Source: Seison nebaliae (Eukaryota). From it: a DNA stretch of 37,990 nt. Both the position numbers and the translations under genes were made by a program. The notes beneath the pieces were generated by a model that had not been told where the DNA came from, searched no databases, and saw only the letters and a list, made by a program, of their open reading frames with translations. The stretch covers positions 1 through 37,990 of the forward strand of contig JALJEE010001129.1 of assembly GCA_023231475.1 (NCBI GenBank). The letters are read 5' to 3'. Shown here in pieces: positions 35,921 to 37,990 of the stretch; positions within the stretch are counted from its first letter, which is position 1; each line of letters starts with the position of its first letter.

Positions 35921-36004
35921 ATTTTTTGTTAAATTAACAGTTGATTCAAAGGAACAGTAACCGAATTTGTAACGTTACAATTTATAAAATTTTGTATGCT
36001 ACGG

Positions 36005-36400
36005 AAAGATGGACGACCCCACAGTTTCGCGGTCAGTCGTCAGATCGGGGTGATTCTCTTGAGGAAATAATTGAGGCTCAAATGGCGTTATTACTGGGTC
36101 GAATGGATGTTATTGCGGAAAACGTTAATACCATGAAAGGTTGACGATGTTCGTTCAGTCGAACACTGAAAGGATCGCAGCGTCTGAACGTTCAGTTGAA
36201 GAGATAATGACGCAGCTTGTAGAGCTCCGTCAAGCTAATAACGATCGGGGTAATACTGTATTGCTGGAAAAACCTCCGAGGTTAAAATGGTTGATCTGTC
36301 AGCAAATTCGCAATCCGATGAACCGGTCCAATGTCAATCATGAGTGGTCAATCGTCAACAGACGGAGGAGGAAAAGTTAACGTCCAGAATATCTGAAGGT
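36005..36400 (+). pseudogene. Frameshifted coiled-coil ORF, possible non-LTR retrotransposon ORF1 remnant
   Basis: Overlapping ORFs (DSLEEIIEAQMALLLGRMDVIAENVNTMK / SNTERIAASERSVEEIMTQLVELRQ) followed by WSIVNRRRRK; higher GC than surroundings; no diagnostic domain. Confidence 0.35.
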
Positions 36401-36901
36401 AATCGGAAAAAAACCACCGGAGATCCTCACAAGTCGACTGATAAACGTTGCAATTTCACCAATCTGAACGCTGAAACCGAATCTAGTGAAAATGATGATC
36501 ATTTAATTTTTTAATTTAAAACTTAATAAAGTATAAATATTTATAATGAACAATAAATCAAAGATAAGCAACTTGGAACAAACAGATAAAGAAGGTTAAA
36601 ATATGCCGCAATGGACCAACGACTAGTTGAGAAATCAAATTACTAGATCGGAGCAATCAAAAGCAATACTTTAGAACTGGCGCGGTTATTGGTATATTAA
36701 TTAATCACCTTTCCACTGGAAAATTTCCTACACACTTATTAATTTATAAAAAAATTATCAGAAAAAAAAATAATATAGTACAACTAAATATCTGTTCAGA
36801 TTATAAAAGTCTTTTGGACAAAATTTGGACTTTTGAATCGTACTATTGCTATTATAGGGCTAATAAATGAGACATAAGATAATAAATTGAAAAATTTTAT
36901 T

Positions 36902-37990
36902 TAGGTCTTTTAATTTCGGCTTATATGATATAACCAGAAATCACAAAAGATTCAGAAAAAAAAATCGAAGAAAGGAATAATTAAATAATTCGTTAAAAGC
37001 CTTACATGAAATAAAGTAAGAAGATTGGAACCAGGCATACATCATAAATATAATTCATAATATTAAATATTATATAATGTAAATATAATTAGAAATAATA
37101 ATTTATACTGCATTTCAACAGATTGAAAATTGTAGATTATAAGCCAGAAAGACAGGCTCTATAGATATGAATTCATGATCGTAGTCATCCAATCTTTGAA
37201 GAATGGCAATTTGACATAACCACCTCTACCTATGCAACCACCGTTTGTGTAACTAGTGACTCCAACTAAAGTAAATCGACTATTGTTGACATAATATAAA
37301 GGACCACCGCTATCTCCAAAGCAAGTATCTCTGCCATTATCGATGTCTCCAGCACAAAATACTGTATCTTGTCGACCTTGATGAAAAACTTTACAAAACG
37401 AGTCGGCCTTAATACTAATGTTTACTTTCCTTAGTTCATTTGAAGTGCTTCCATCTTGTATTTATGAAAATATAATGCGAATAAGAAAAATTATTAAACA
37501 AAACTTGTTGAAACTCTTCCCCAACCAGCAACAGTGACTTCATCTCCAATATTCTTCTCAAACTCAGATAAACAAATTGGTTGAACCCCAACACCAAAAG
37601 TAATTTCATTTTTGGTACGCATTAATGCTATATCGTATGCAATTTTCCAGTAAGTGTTTAAATAATCTTTATGCTATATATTTTGATGGTAGAAGAGTAT
37701 TAGATCTAACATATACCATTTAATCAAGAAAAATTAAACCATTACTATACTTTCAATTTCCATCCTTACTTGCGTTGGCCAATCCCATTTAACCCTACTA
37801 TGATCTCCAACATGAATATATGATGTTATTCTATAATTCACGAAATACCAAAGAACTGAATTTTAAAAACAAAACTAACGCTCCCTCTACACAATGAGCT
37901 GCTGTTACTATCCAGCGATTATTGATTATACTCCCTCCACAGAAATACCAACCATCAGCTTTTGTAATAGATAATCTTACCATAAACGGA
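36902..37990. repeat. Right arm of ~1.09 kb inverted repeat (partner 1-1089)
   Basis: Reverse complement aligns gap-free to 1-1089. Confidence 0.97.
37159..37989 (-). CDS. Trypsin-family (S1A) serine protease, copy B, 5'-truncated; introns 37831-37879, 37674-37739, 37455-37504
   Basis: Same exon structure as copy [24 protein letters not shown] and canonical LVGVTSY. Confidence 0.95.

Noticed and set aside
1..37990. Single giant transposon (Maverick/Polinton-like) with 1-kb TIRs
   Set aside because: The arms are spliced host protease genes and the interior is housekeeping genes; no integrase, DNA polymerase B, capsid or intact transposase.

Overview
AT-rich, gene-dense eukaryotic DNA, most likely a compact animal genome (NPL4 with C-terminal NZF finger, APLF, I-set Ig domains, 43-69 nt GT-AG introns); the species cannot be determined from the sequence. 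The window is bracketed by a gap-free ~1.09 kb inverted repeat (1-1089 / 36902-37990). Each arm carries a partial trypsin-family serine protease gene. The two copies have almost identical introns but 34 amino-acid differences, clustered in substrate-binding loops. Inside each arm are transposon remnants (CACTA/EnSpm transposase, non-LTR RT, a CCC-ended MITE, a possible ORF1). The core holds tRNA-Leu(AAG), ENKUR, a large multi-exon gene with two Ig domains and repeated SVxxLxxxFE-like motifs, BCKDHA, APLF, two paralogous secreted orphan proteins, an SLC46-like transporter, tRNA-Gly(GCC), TPRA1 and NPLOC4. Most splice donors are atypical GTT. All alignments, counts and gene models were made by eye and need computational confirmation.
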